DNA from: Candidatus Magasanikiibacteriota bacterium
GTDB taxonomy: Bacteria; Patescibacteriota; Patescibacteriia; Magasanikbacterales; GWA2-37-8
Direction: 5' to 3'
Length of the DNA: 64,000 nt
Assembly (NCBI GenBank): GCA_041665405.1
Contig: JBAYIZ010000001.1
Span: 26,618 to 90,617 of the forward strand
Under the pieces are notes generated by a model. The model had not been told where the DNA came from and ran no database searches. It saw nothing but the letters and a program-made list of their open reading frames with translations. Position numbers and translations under genes: made by a program. Shown here piece by piece: positions 19,164 to 28,933 of this stretch; positions within the stretch are counted from its first letter, which is position 1, and each line of letters opens with the position of its first letter.

Positions 19164-20258
19164 ATGATATACGAAAAAATTATTCGTCCGATTTTATTTA
19201 AAACAGATCCTGAATGGATTCATAATTTTGTTATATCTGGCTTATCAATAGTGAGTAGTTTGCCATTAGTATCGAATGTGATAGCTAAATATTTTAATGT
19301 TAACGACTCGTCTCTGATTACATCTGTAGGAAAAGTAAAGTTGAACAATCCTGTTGGTTTGGCGGCTGGTTTTGATAAAAATGTTACTGCTCCACTGGCG
19401 TATAATATGCTCGGTTTTGGTTACGCAGAATTGGGGTCGGTAACTTATAGTGGACAACCGGGTAATCCAAAGCCTCGTTTATGGCGTTTACCAAAAGACC
19501 AGTCGTTGATTGTTTATTATGGTCTATATAATATTGGAGCAAAAAATATTTTAGAAAAAATGAAAAAACTTAAAGCTCGTAAAATTCCTTTGGGTATTAG
19601 CATCGCGCCGACTACGGGTCTAATTTTGTCGGAAATGACCGCTGACTATTTACGAAGTTTTGAAATTTTGTATCCATATGCTGACTTTATCACTCTCAAT
19701 GTAAGTTGTCCCAATGTGGCTGGGTGTGATTTGTTTGCCCAAATTTCTTTTATAAGAGAATTGGTTAGTGCTATAAATGATTTTAAGAAATCAAAAAATA
19801 TTGATCTGGATATTTTTGTTAAAATTGGGCCAGATATGGACAACGAGCAATATGATGAAATTTTGGATATTTGTGTAGCTAATAATGTGACGGCAATTAT
19901 TGCTACTAATTTAATAAAAAAACGTGAAAGTATAAAATCTTTGAGTGAACCAAAAATATTATCTCATCCAGGTGGAATATCTGGAAGGCTTTTAAGAGAA
20001 CGAAGTAATGAGGTGATCAAACATCTGTATGCTCGTGCCAATGGTCGGTTGAAGATCATCGGTTTAGGAGGAGTTTTTTCTGCGCAAGATGCTTATGATA
20101 AGATAAAATGCGGAGCTAGTGCGATTCAGCTAATCACTGGGTTTATTTACAATGGACCGTGGGCGATGAAAAATATTAATAAGGGGTTGGTAGAATTGCT
20201 TAAAAAAGACGGATATAAAAATATTAGTGAAGCGGTGGGAAGAAGTGTTGTAAAGTAG
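19164..20258 (+). CDS. pyrD: Dihydroorotate dehydrogenase, class 2-like
   Basis: NPVGLAAGFDKN, QPGNPKPRLWRL, NVSCPN, GGISG, N-terminal RPILFKTDPE helix. Confidence 0.92.
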   Translation: MIYEKIIRPILFKTDPEWIHNFVISGLSIVSSLPLVSNVIAKYFNVNDSSLITSVGKVKLNNPVGLAAGFDKNVTAPLAYNMLGFGYAELGSVTYSGQPGNPKPRLWRLPKDQSLIVYYGLYNIGAKNILEKMKKLKARKIPLGISIAPTTGLILSEMTADYLRSFEILYPYADFITLNVSCPNVAGCDLFAQISFIRELVSAINDFKKSKNIDLDIFVKIGPDMDNEQYDEILDICVANNVTAIIATNLIKKRESIKSLSEPKILSHPGGISGRLLRERSNEVIKHLYARANGRLKIIGLGGVFSAQDAYDKIKCGASAIQLITGFIYNGPWAMKNINKGLVELLKKDGYKNISEAVGRSVVK

Positions 20259-20260
20259 CT

Positions 20261-21319
20261 ATGATTAATGACATGAATTTTAAAAAAGATATTTATCAGC
20301 TACCAACTCCAGATAAAGTGTATGATTGGCAGGGGATACGATGGGAAATTTTTTTAGCTAAAAATTTCTCTAGCCAATGGGTAAATGAAACGACTCATAA
20401 TTTGGTATTAAAGTGTCGGCAGTCTTTTGAGCGTTATGGTGAAATTAGCCTAGAGGACGATTATGACAACAAATCATTAGTTTTATTAGCTAGAGTTCAT
20501 TTTGAAAATGAAAATGGACAGCAGGAAGAATTTTTCTCATTACGTTTGATACCAGCACAGGGTGAGCCTTTTTTAACCGAAGATTTACAGGTCATATTGC
20601 ATGGTGGGGGGAATTTGTATGAATTAATAAAAGATAAATTACATTTTGGACATTCTGAATCTCATAAATATATATTTACAATTTCTCGTTTTTGTGGTCT
20701 TTCTTTAATTCCCAGTAATCAAAATCATTTAAAACATACCACCCTCAGTTTAGTTATTTTGTGGCTATTCGCTTTAGAGGGTGTTCCAAAACCTCACAAA
20801 GATATTGCTATAACGGCGATGTTTAATCGCCATATTTTTAGTAAGGTAAGTCGTTTGAAAATAAATAACAAAGAGTTTGTTTTATCTCTGCCAGAGATCC
20901 ACGAGACCCTATCTTTGTCGATAGAAAATTTTGGTAATTTTTTTCCTGGTCCAGTAGCCTTTCATTATCCAGCTTATTTTTTCAATTTACCTGAATTGAT
21001 ATCTTGGTTTAGAAAAATATTTGATGATAAAAAAATTAATCTAGATACTATCAAACATTGTTGGGGAACGGAGATTGATTGGGTTCAAATAGAAAAAGAA
21101 TTATCACATGATAAAATGGCAGTAATAAAAAAGATGCACGGCTTGGGCAAAATGTTGAATGGTTGCACACCTTTGCCTGGGTGTAAACTAAATAGTGTTG
21201 AGTTGAGAAACGATTTAGAAGAAGCAGTGAAAAGTTCATTAGTTTTAAAATTAATCAAATTAGAAGATTTGGAAAAAATATTGAAAAAATTTCTAGATAA
21301 TATATCTTTTATCGTTTAA
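20261..21319 (+). CDS. Hypothetical protein, putative GNAT-fold N-acyltransferase (LuxI/FeeM-like signature)
   Basis: R..F..YG...EDDYD, SLRLIP and TISRF occur in the order of the LuxI/N-acyl amino acid synthase motifs; weak similarity judged by eye. Confidence 0.45.
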   Translation: MINDMNFKKDIYQLPTPDKVYDWQGIRWEIFLAKNFSSQWVNETTHNLVLKCRQSFERYGEISLEDDYDNKSLVLLARVHFENENGQQEEFFSLRLIPAQGEPFLTEDLQVILHGGGNLYELIKDKLHFGHSESHKYIFTISRFCGLSLIPSNQNHLKHTTLSLVILWLFALEGVPKPHKDIAITAMFNRHIFSKVSRLKINNKEFVLSLPEIHETLSLSIENFGNFFPGPVAFHYPAYFFNLPELISWFRKIFDDKKINLDTIKHCWGTEIDWVQIEKELSHDKMAVIKKMHGLGKMLNGCTPLPGCKLNSVELRNDLEEAVKSSLVLKLIKLEDLEKILKKFLDNISFIV

Positions 21320-21323
21320 TTGT

Positions 21324-22580
21324 ATGATTGTAAATCGTTTTATTCGGAAACCATATGTATTTGAGGGGATACAAGCGATTAAAAATAATTTGATTAAAAA
21401 AGGTGAAGACGGGGCGATTGAAATACTTTATCATGATAATTGGATTTCAATTCCACCGGCTAATCAGTTTGATCTGACTGCGGCCACTATTTTTGGTTTG
21501 AATGAGCGCCTAACTCTAGCCGCTCTCTCACCAGTAACCGATAGTTCTGGGTTAACTTTGCGTGAACAGTTCAATGACGAATGGATGAAATATACACAAG
21601 CGCTCGAATCAGAAGATTTATTTTCCTATGGTTATTTTGCGTATTATGAGGAAAAAAATCATCTCGTTCATTATTGTGATCCTTATTGGCATAAAGTGGT
21701 AGCGGTGGCCAGTAATTCTACTTTATTATCTGATCCAGAACTGAAATTAAAATGGAAAGAAGTTAGAGAAATTTTTGCTAATACAGTTGTTGGAGTAGCT
21801 GGTTGTAGTGTGGGTAGCAATATTATTCACAATGTTATGATGGACATGCGTCCAGATAAGATAAAAATAGCCGATAAAGTACCATATAAAATGGAAAATA
21901 TTAATCGTGTCCGTTTGGGGTATTGGGATATGGTAAAGAGTAATGCAGATAAAGCTGGCCTAATGGATGTGGGATTAAAAAATAAAGCGCATGTAGTGGC
22001 TGATCAAATTTATGGCATGGACCCCTTTACTGATGTTTATGTTTATGATGAAGGACTGAGCAATGAAAATGTAGCTAGTTTTTTTGATGGTGGCGGTACG
22101 GAGCCAAAACTGGATATAATAGTAGAAGAAATAGATGATCCACAGAGTAAATTGTTCATTCGACAAGAAGCCAAAAAACGTCACATACCTTTGATTATGG
22201 CTAGCGATATGGGTTCGATGGTACAAATTGAAGTCTCACGTTATGATTTGGATGAAAATCTTCCTTTGACTTATGGAGTTGATGATGGTGCTTTTATTGA
22301 CGCAGTAGAAAATATTTCCAAAGCAGGTTCGGATAGAAAGTTATTTTTTCAGTTTGTAGATACTTTGATTGGTCGCGATTACTATGAAGATGAATTGCAG
22401 AGAATCATTGAAGAAAAATGTGAGATTCCGACATCTACCATTGTCCCTCAATTGGGTTCTACAGCAGCCTTGTCTGGAGCACTAGTGGCTGAGTTGATAG
22501 CTAGAATTCGTCTAGGTTATAAATATCCTCCTCGTTTTTCTTTTAATAAGAAAACTTTGGAAGTGAAAATTTATCAATAG
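21324..22580 (+). CDS. ThiF-family adenylyltransferase, Rv1355c/MoeY-like
   Basis: VGVAGCSVGSNI, IADK...ENINRV, LDIIVEEIDD..K..IR..A....IPLIMASD, PQLG...IRLG. Confidence 0.8.
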   Translation: MIVNRFIRKPYVFEGIQAIKNNLIKKGEDGAIEILYHDNWISIPPANQFDLTAATIFGLNERLTLAALSPVTDSSGLTLREQFNDEWMKYTQALESEDLFSYGYFAYYEEKNHLVHYCDPYWHKVVAVASNSTLLSDPELKLKWKEVREIFANTVVGVAGCSVGSNIIHNVMMDMRPDKIKIADKVPYKMENINRVRLGYWDMVKSNADKAGLMDVGLKNKAHVVADQIYGMDPFTDVYVYDEGLSNENVASFFDGGGTEPKLDIIVEEIDDPQSKLFIRQEAKKRHIPLIMASDMGSMVQIEVSRYDLDENLPLTYGVDDGAFIDAVENISKAGSDRKLFFQFVDTLIGRDYYEDELQRIIEEKCEIPTSTIVPQLGSTAALSGALVAELIARIRLGYKYPPRFSFNKKTLEVKIYQ

Positions 22581-23686
22581 TTGATAATAACTTTGGAGAG
22601 CGGCCACCTAGGAGAGTGTGGCCGTTTTTTGTCTTCGTCCCTTTTTAGGTAACCCATTCGAAATAGGGTCATGATTCGGCTAGTTGTTCCCAAAAATGAC
22701 ATGGAAAATAATTTATTAATTAAAGTCACTTCGGCGATACCAGCATGTACAGCGCAATAGATACCTTCGGCCGTAAGTTGCAAAAAAATTTCTTCCATCA
22801 CCTTGCCGGCTTCGAGCCAACTTTCAATAGTATCTTCTTGAGAAGTGAGAAAACAAACAGTGGGTGATTTTTCAATACCGATTTTTCCGCCCATAGAAAA
22901 TTTCAATCCATCCTCTGGCCTTAAAGCGGTTTCTCCTTTTAATCCTGAATGTAATCTTTGGGCTTCATCATCTGCTAAACCAAATCCTACGCCTGGCATG
23001 CCGACAAAACTTTCTGTATCATTGGGTAATAGCCACTCTCCCAGTTCATGACTGAATTTTTTGGAGTTTATAACAAAGTTGTCTGCTTGACCCTGAAATT
23101 CTCCAATAGTAAGACGACGCCAACGATCTGACACTAAATGTATTTCTATTTTTTCATTATTAATACTTTCTATTTTTTCTAAAATTTCGATTGGAATTGG
23201 AGTTTGTTCATTGTATTCAGCTCTGGTTACCTGACGATTGAAAATAGCGAGATAATTTTTTTCTAAACTATCATCGGGAGTATCAGAAATGAATTTGATT
23301 TTTGCTAGTGCAATCAACTCAGGATCGGGGATTCCCGGTTTAAAATCTTCTTTTGATGAATTTAATATTTTAATTTCTGTTTTATATCCAAAATAACGGC
23401 TGGACACTTCAATATTCTTTAACGCACATCCGGAGCTGATAACCGTTTGGCGCCCATTGATGTCTGAGGCTGGTAAAATAAAATGTATATTTATAAACAT
23501 CATTATTTCCATCTCTTCCAGATTGATTTCAAATCGCCAAGGTTGGGTGTTGTGGGTGTTGGGGGCCAAATGTCCCACCAGACAGAAGTGTTGTAGCTGT
23601 TCTTTTGGTGAAAGTCCTTTGAATTGATCTTTTTTCCATGGCGTGCTTTTCCAAATATTGTAGTTTTCTCCAGAAAAATTATCCAT
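22574..23686 (-). CDS. Nitroreductase-superfamily (Acg-like) FMN-binding oxidoreductase
   Basis: LAPNTHNTQPWRF, ISSGCALKN, R.VTR..Y, WLEAG...E...L, FRMGY...SPR. Confidence 0.82.
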   Translation of the reverse strand: MDNFSGENYNIWKSTPWKKDQFKGLSPKEQLQHFCLVGHLAPNTHNTQPWRFEINLEEMEIMMFINIHFILPASDINGRQTVISSGCALKNIEVSSRYFGYKTEIKILNSSKEDFKPGIPDPELIALAKIKFISDTPDDSLEKNYLAIFNRQVTRAEYNEQTPIPIEILEKIESINNEKIEIHLVSDRWRRLTIGEFQGQADNFVINSKKFSHELGEWLLPNDTESFVGMPGVGFGLADDEAQRLHSGLKGETALRPEDGLKFSMGGKIGIEKSPTVCFLTSQEDTIESWLEAGKVMEEIFLQLTAEGIYCAVHAGIAEVTLINKLFSMSFLGTTSRIMTLFRMGYLKRDEDKKRPHSPRWPLSKVIINY

Positions 23687-23762
23687 ATCTTATAGTTTTT
23701 TATCTTAAAATAGTGTATAATATAATTATTAAATTATAACAGCTGTGTAATCTTTAAGCAAT

Positions 23763-25406
23763 ATGTTTAGTTTTGATACTCAAGATTTTCAACTCCTCTT
23801 GAGTTTTATTACATTTTTCGCCTCTACAGCCTTGGGGGTTTTGACCTATACCAGAGATCGTAAAAGCTGGACCAATCGTTTGTTTGGTTTGTTGGCGTTT
23901 TTGATTGATGCTTATATAGTGATAAATTTTTTGTCTTTGCATCCGCCAATTTCTACACCAGAGAGTCAGCTGTTCTGGATTAGATTGGTAATGTTTGTTT
24001 GTTCTTTTATTGGGCCTACTTTGCTGTTGTTAGTTATGTGTTTTCCTGGAAGTGTTTTTGGTGTTAAGAAAAAATTTTTTATTCCGATATTGTTGTTGAT
24101 GTTGGTATCAGCGGCTGCGTCTTTGTTGCCTTTGGTTTTTAAATCAATTGAATATCCTAACGGAAGTCCCGTACCAGTACCTGGACCAGGGATAGTTGTT
24201 TTTCTGTTAGACTTTGTTGGTTTGTTTATTGTCAGCTTTGGAGTGCTTATTTATAAATACCGTAAAGCGGTTGATGAAGAAAAAACCAAATTATTATTAT
24301 TTTTATTGGGTGTATTATTTACCTTTACCTTGATGGGTGTACTTACGGTGATTGCGGTGGTAGTTTTCAAATCATCTGCGGGAGTATTTTTGGGGCCAAT
24401 TTCGTTTGTGATCTTGTCTTCGTTTGTAGCTTTTGCCATTATCAAGCACGGCTTGTTTAATGTTAAGGTTATTACTACTAAAGTATTAATTGGCATTTTG
24501 TGGATAGTGTTCTTTTCAAGAATTTTTCTTTATGAATCCACCCAACAACTAATTATTAATTTGGCTTTATTTTTAATAATATTTGTTTTTGGTTTTGGTT
24601 TAGCTCGTAGTGTCGAACGTGAAGTAAAACAAAAAGACGAGGCGTCTGCTTTAGCCGTTTCTTTGGAGCAGGCAAACTTACGCTTGCAGGAGCTGGACAA
24701 ACAAAAAACTGAATTTCTTTCTATAGCTTCCCACCAATTACGCACTCCACTTTCTATATTAAAAGGGTATATTGAATTAATTCAAGATGGTGGATATGGA
24801 AAAATAACTAAACAGACAAATCAAATTCTGAAAAACATGGATGAGAGTAATGAACACCTGATTAAATTGGTGGATGACTTTTTGGATATTTCTCGCATTG
24901 AACAGGGGCGAACAAAATATGATTTTAAAAATTTCAATTTATCTCATACTATAGATGGTGTATTATTTGAATTATGTAAGCGCGCGGACGATAAAGGATT
25001 AAAATGTATATGGCATGATGGCACAGTATTTGAAATAGTTGGAGATGAAGAAAAAATTCGCCATGTTATTTTCAATTTTGTGGATAATGCTATTAAATAT
25101 TCTGAGGATGGAAATGTGAAAATTGATTTGAAAAACAATAATGGGGGTGTTGATGTGACTGTTAGAGATAGTGGATTTGGTTTTGGTAAGGTTGATGGAG
25201 CCAATTTTTTTCAGAAATTTTATCGTGGGGAAAACGTCAAAAATACGAATGTTACTGGTACCGGTTTGGGGTTGTATGTTTGTCGTAAATTCATTGAAGC
25301 GCATGGTGGCAAAGTGTGGGCGCATAGCGCTGGGCTTGGAAAAGGTAGTGAATTTGGCTTTTGGTTGCCGCTAAAGCCCCCTGCTACGGTTTCTGGTAAA
25401 GTTTAG
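23763..25406 (+). CDS. Membrane sensor histidine kinase with multi-TM N-terminal domain
   Basis: About 8-9 hydrophobic segments, then FLSIASHQLRTPL, NFVDNAIKYS, DSGFG, GTGLGL. Confidence 0.92.
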   Translation: MFSFDTQDFQLLLSFITFFASTALGVLTYTRDRKSWTNRLFGLLAFLIDAYIVINFLSLHPPISTPESQLFWIRLVMFVCSFIGPTLLLLVMCFPGSVFGVKKKFFIPILLLMLVSAAASLLPLVFKSIEYPNGSPVPVPGPGIVVFLLDFVGLFIVSFGVLIYKYRKAVDEEKTKLLLFLLGVLFTFTLMGVLTVIAVVVFKSSAGVFLGPISFVILSSFVAFAIIKHGLFNVKVITTKVLIGILWIVFFSRIFLYESTQQLIINLALFLIIFVFGFGLARSVEREVKQKDEASALAVSLEQANLRLQELDKQKTEFLSIASHQLRTPLSILKGYIELIQDGGYGKITKQTNQILKNMDESNEHLIKLVDDFLDISRIEQGRTKYDFKNFNLSHTIDGVLFELCKRADDKGLKCIWHDGTVFEIVGDEEKIRHVIFNFVDNAIKYSEDGNVKIDLKNNNGGVDVTVRDSGFGFGKVDGANFFQKFYRGENVKNTNVTGTGLGLYVCRKFIEAHGGKVWAHSAGLGKGSEFGFWLPLKPPATVSGKV

Positions 25407-25478
25407 GGGTTATAGACCGTTGTAATTTTTTCATAAATATTGTAAAATAAAAGTAATAAATATTTAATCTAATTTTTT

Positions 25479-25952
25479 ATGATGTTCCAAAAATCCACTC
25501 CAAAAAATATCGTTGAAGAAGAACCCCAATTTGAAACTCCAGCTGTAACTGAACGAGTGGATGAAGTAGAGACAATAGTAGGCCCTTCAGTAAATGTGGA
25601 GGGTGATTTTGCTTCTGAAGGAAATATTATTGTCAAAGGAACAGTATCAGGCAGTGTGCATACGAGTCGATTTTTATATGTAGAAATAGGGGCAAAGATT
25701 ATGGCCAATGTAAGGGCTGGAAATGCAAAAATTTCTGGTGAAGTGAAAGGAAATTTAAAAATTAAAGAAACTCTAGAACTCACTTCGACCGCTAAGGTGT
25801 TGGGAGATATCGAAGCAAAAGTTTTGTCAGTAGAACCAGGAGCATTGCTTTTCGGCAAGGTGTCCATGCCAGGTATAGAAGGTGCTGATGTGAAAGGTTC
25901 GAAAACACGTATTTCACGTCGTAGTGAAGATGTGGTTGAAGTTGGAGAATAG
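25479..25952 (+). CDS. Bactofilin / polymer-forming cytoskeletal protein
   Basis: TIVGPSVNVEGD...I.G.V.G repeats, LSVEPGALLFG. Confidence 0.88.
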   Translation: MMFQKSTPKNIVEEEPQFETPAVTERVDEVETIVGPSVNVEGDFASEGNIIVKGTVSGSVHTSRFLYVEIGAKIMANVRAGNAKISGEVKGNLKIKETLELTSTAKVLGDIEAKVLSVEPGALLFGKVSMPGIEGADVKGSKTRISRRSEDVVEVGE

Positions 25953-25990
25953 ATAAAATTGCGTAGGCAATTTTAATACGACAGAAATGT

Positions 25991-26755
25991 ATGTACGTTT
26001 ATCTTTATGACAATTTTTTGCGGCAAAAAAAGTATGATTCCTTAATCAAAGCGGTGGAGGTGCGTTTGACTGATTATGGAATTGCTGGAAAAATTTTGCG
26101 TTTAAACAATTTTATTGATCCAAAACAGATTATTGATGATGAAATAAAGCGTGGTGCCAAAACGATTGTGATAGTGGGAAATGACGCGACTTTCGGATAT
26201 GTGTTGTCACGAGCGGCTACTTGTAATTGTACGTTCGGTTTTTTGCCAGTTGGCGCGGATAATACGATTTCTGAGGTATTAGGAATTCCGGTTGGTGTTG
26301 AGGCGTGTGACGTTTTGTCCAAAAGGCGCAAGGAAAGTTTGGATGTGGGTTGGATGAATAATCGATATTTCGTTTCTCAATTGCATGTGTTGCCAGCAAA
26401 GCTGAAAGTCGTATATGATGAGAGATTTGTAGTGACTGCCAATGAAAAAATGGAAGTGGTAGTTTGCAACTTGCAACCTTATTATTGGAAAAAAGATAAA
26501 AAAGATCAATCAGATCAGGTGGTGCATCCGCAAGACGGCAAGTTGGAGGCGTTTTTAAGACCATTGACAAAGCAGGGGTGGTGGGGATATAAATATGAGG
26601 ACCCAAGTGTATTTCCATTCGAGGAAATGGAGATAGTGTCTGATTCACCATTCACCGTTGAAGCTGACGGAAAAGTTTCCAAAGAGATAAAAGTGAAAAT
26701 CAAATTGGCACACGGGAAGATAGACATGGTGGTCGGTAGGAATAGGCAGTTTTAA
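25991..26755 (+). CDS. Diacylglycerol kinase-family protein
   Basis: IVGNDAT (GGDGT-like), LPVG..N, LDVG, PQDGKLE, EADG. Confidence 0.75.
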   Translation: MYVYLYDNFLRQKKYDSLIKAVEVRLTDYGIAGKILRLNNFIDPKQIIDDEIKRGAKTIVIVGNDATFGYVLSRAATCNCTFGFLPVGADNTISEVLGIPVGVEACDVLSKRRKESLDVGWMNNRYFVSQLHVLPAKLKVVYDERFVVTANEKMEVVVCNLQPYYWKKDKKDQSDQVVHPQDGKLEAFLRPLTKQGWWGYKYEDPSVFPFEEMEIVSDSPFTVEADGKVSKEIKVKIKLAHGKIDMVVGRNRQF

Positions 26756-26760
26756 AATAA

Positions 26761-26843
26761 GCCCAGGTGGCGAAATGGTAACCGCACAGCCTTGAGGTGG
26801 CTGCGACCGTAAGGTCTTGGAAGTTCAACTCTTCTCCTGGGCA
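26761..26843 (+). tRNA. tRNA-Leu(GAG)
   Basis: GCCCAGG/CCTGGGC acceptor; CAGCC-TTGAGGT-GGCTG anticodon arm; long variable arm; GTTCAAC T-loop. Confidence 0.93.
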
Positions 26844-26857
26844 CGTAAGATTATTTT

Positions 26858-27100
26858 ATGCGATATTTTATTGGAATAATTTGTGTCATAGTCGGGTCAT
26901 TGTTAGTTTTGAAAACTGAATGGTTTCATGAAAATTTTGGAACGATCGGCTGGGCTGAAGAGCATCTTGGAACTAGTGGTGGTAGTCGTTTGTTGTACAA
27001 GTTGTTGGGTCTGGTAGCTATTTTCATTGGTTTTTTACTGGTTACCAACATGTTTCAAGGGTTTTTGATGGGAACAATTGGTAAAATATTTATAAGGTAA
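26858..27100 (+). CDS. Small two-TM membrane protein
   Basis: Two hydrophobic helices around FGTIGWAEEHLG; operon-like spacing. Confidence 0.75.
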   Translation: MRYFIGIICVIVGSLLVLKTEWFHENFGTIGWAEEHLGTSGGSRLLYKLLGLVAIFIGFLLVTNMFQGFLMGTIGKIFIR

Positions 27101-27111
27101 TAGACTAAAAT

Positions 27112-27660
27112 ATGTCACATGCAGGGCGCGCGTTAATTGATCCATTTAGTATTTTTACTAAAATAGGGTTGGAAAAAGGGATGAAAGTCGCCGATATGGG
27201 CTGTGGCCGTACTGGACATTTTGTCTTTCCTGCTGCTAGAATAGTTGGTGATACTGGGGTAGTGTATGCTGTCGATATCCTAAAAGAAGTTCTAGAGAAT
27301 ATAACTAGTTGGGTCAAATCTCGTGGCTTGGACAATGTGCAGGTAATTTGGTCGGATATTGAAGTGCCAAACAAGACACCAATTCCAGCAAAAAGTTTAG
27401 ACAGATGCTTTTTTATGAATGTGTTGTTTGGAATAAAAAATAAACAAGCGACATTGTCTGAAGCGACACGTTTGGTAAAAGATGATGGTCAAGTTGTTAT
27501 AGTGGACTGGTCAAAGAGGTTAGGGACACTTGGACCGTCCGATGAAGCCATGATTGATCCTAAAAAATTAACGGAATTGGCTGGTCAATGTGGTTTGAAA
27601 TTAGATAAAGAAATTTTAGTTAGTGATTACCATTATTGTTTGATATTTAAGAAAATATAA
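27112..27660 (+). CDS. Class I SAM-dependent methyltransferase
   Basis: VADMGCGRTGHF, VYAVDI, VIVDW. Confidence 0.85.
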   Translation: MSHAGRALIDPFSIFTKIGLEKGMKVADMGCGRTGHFVFPAARIVGDTGVVYAVDILKEVLENITSWVKSRGLDNVQVIWSDIEVPNKTPIPAKSLDRCFFMNVLFGIKNKQATLSEATRLVKDDGQVVIVDWSKRLGTLGPSDEAMIDPKKLTELAGQCGLKLDKEILVSDYHYCLIFKKI

Positions 27661-27662
27661 TT

Positions 27663-28076
27663 ATGCAAGTGCAAAATATTCTGAAGGCGTCGTATTGGTT
27701 CTATCAACCGTTTATCGCTGTTGGGGGAGTAAAGTGGTTTTGGATTGTTGGTTTTTTGGCTTTGGTTTTGGCAGGAATGGTCGCCAAAATTGTGCGAATT
27801 TATAATCAAAAAATAAGCCAGAGTACCAGAGAAGTTTTACGTCGTGCTGGTAATATGCTTATTATCACTGGTTTGCTTGGTCTGTTGTGGATGTTTTTCC
27901 GTCAACAGCAGGTAGCATTTTTGGCTTGGAGGTTCTGGTTGGTTTTGTGGATTGTGTTATTTGTATGGTGGGGTTATAAAGTTATTTTTTATGCCACCAA
28001 AAGATTGCCTTTGATTAGTACTGAACAAGCAAAAAAGGATTTGATGGAAAGATATATGCCAAAAAGTAAAAAATAA
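27663..28076 (+). CDS. Hypothetical membrane protein (3 TM)
   Basis: Hydrophobic segments; tight packing with neighbours. Confidence 0.75.
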   Translation: MQVQNILKASYWFYQPFIAVGGVKWFWIVGFLALVLAGMVAKIVRIYNQKISQSTREVLRRAGNMLIITGLLGLLWMFFRQQQVAFLAWRFWLVLWIVLFVWWGYKVIFYATKRLPLISTEQAKKDLMERYMPKSKK

Positions 28077-28078
28077 TT

Positions 28079-28438
28079 ATGCATCCTGGGAGGGATAAAA
28101 AATTCGGTAAGTGGGGTGAAGATCAAGCCTGTGCGTTTTTACAACGGCACGGGTTTTTTATTGTGGAGAGAAATTATTTTGCGACGGTGGGCGAAATAGA
28201 TATAGTTGCCAAACAAGATGGTGATTATTATTTTGTGGAAGTAAAAACTCGCGTGGCAGGGGAGATGGCCAGTGATTTGGCGATAACACCTACCAAAAAG
28301 CATAAACTAGAAAAAACTATCAAAAAATATTGTTATCAACGGAATGTACCAGACACGGGTTTGATTTTGGCGGGGTTGTTGGTAGTTTATGACAGAGGGG
28401 CTAAATCAGTCTCATTTCGCCTAGTTGTGATGGAATAA
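28079..28438 (+). CDS. YraN/UPF0102 family putative endonuclease
   Basis: G..GE..A..FL...G..I.ERN, GEIDIVA, FVEVKTR. Confidence 0.9.
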   Translation: MHPGRDKKFGKWGEDQACAFLQRHGFFIVERNYFATVGEIDIVAKQDGDYYFVEVKTRVAGEMASDLAITPTKKHKLEKTIKKYCYQRNVPDTGLILAGLLVVYDRGAKSVSFRLVVME

Positions 28439-28514
28439 AATGGCGATTGTTTTTTGTTAAATGAATATGCGCGATTGACAATCTGGCGAAAATGGATTAG
28501 TATTATACTCAAAT

Positions 28515-28928
28515 ATGGACAATTCAAAATTACATATTGTGGCCATCACTGGTTACTTGCGCAAGGGTGATCAATTTTTGATCTTAAAAAGAAGTCCAAA
28601 TGAAATTGCCTTTCCCAGCAAGTGGACCATCCCTGGTGGAAAAGTTGAAGGTGCTAGCAGTGTTGTTGGTACTTTAAAGAGGGAAATTTTAGAAGAAACT
28701 GGTTTGGGAATCAAGGACAAAGTAGATTTTTTCAGTGAGTCAGAGTTTACTCGTCCAGACGGTTATCATGTGCTGGTGCTGTCATTTATTTGTGAATACG
28801 ATTCTGGTGAGGTGCAGATTGAGAAAGATTCATTCAGCGAGTTTGCTTGGATTAACAAAGAAACGTTTACCAATTACGATTTAATAGAAGGCATTAAAAA
28901 AGATTTTAATTTATTATTTAATAAATAA
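28515..28928 (+). CDS. NUDIX hydrolase
   Basis: PGGKVE.......LKREILEETGL Nudix box. Confidence 0.9.
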   Translation: MDNSKLHIVAITGYLRKGDQFLILKRSPNEIAFPSKWTIPGGKVEGASSVVGTLKREILEETGLGIKDKVDFFSESEFTRPDGYHVLVLSFICEYDSGEVQIEKDSFSEFAWINKETFTNYDLIEGIKKDFNLLFNK

Positions 28929-28933
28929 CACAT

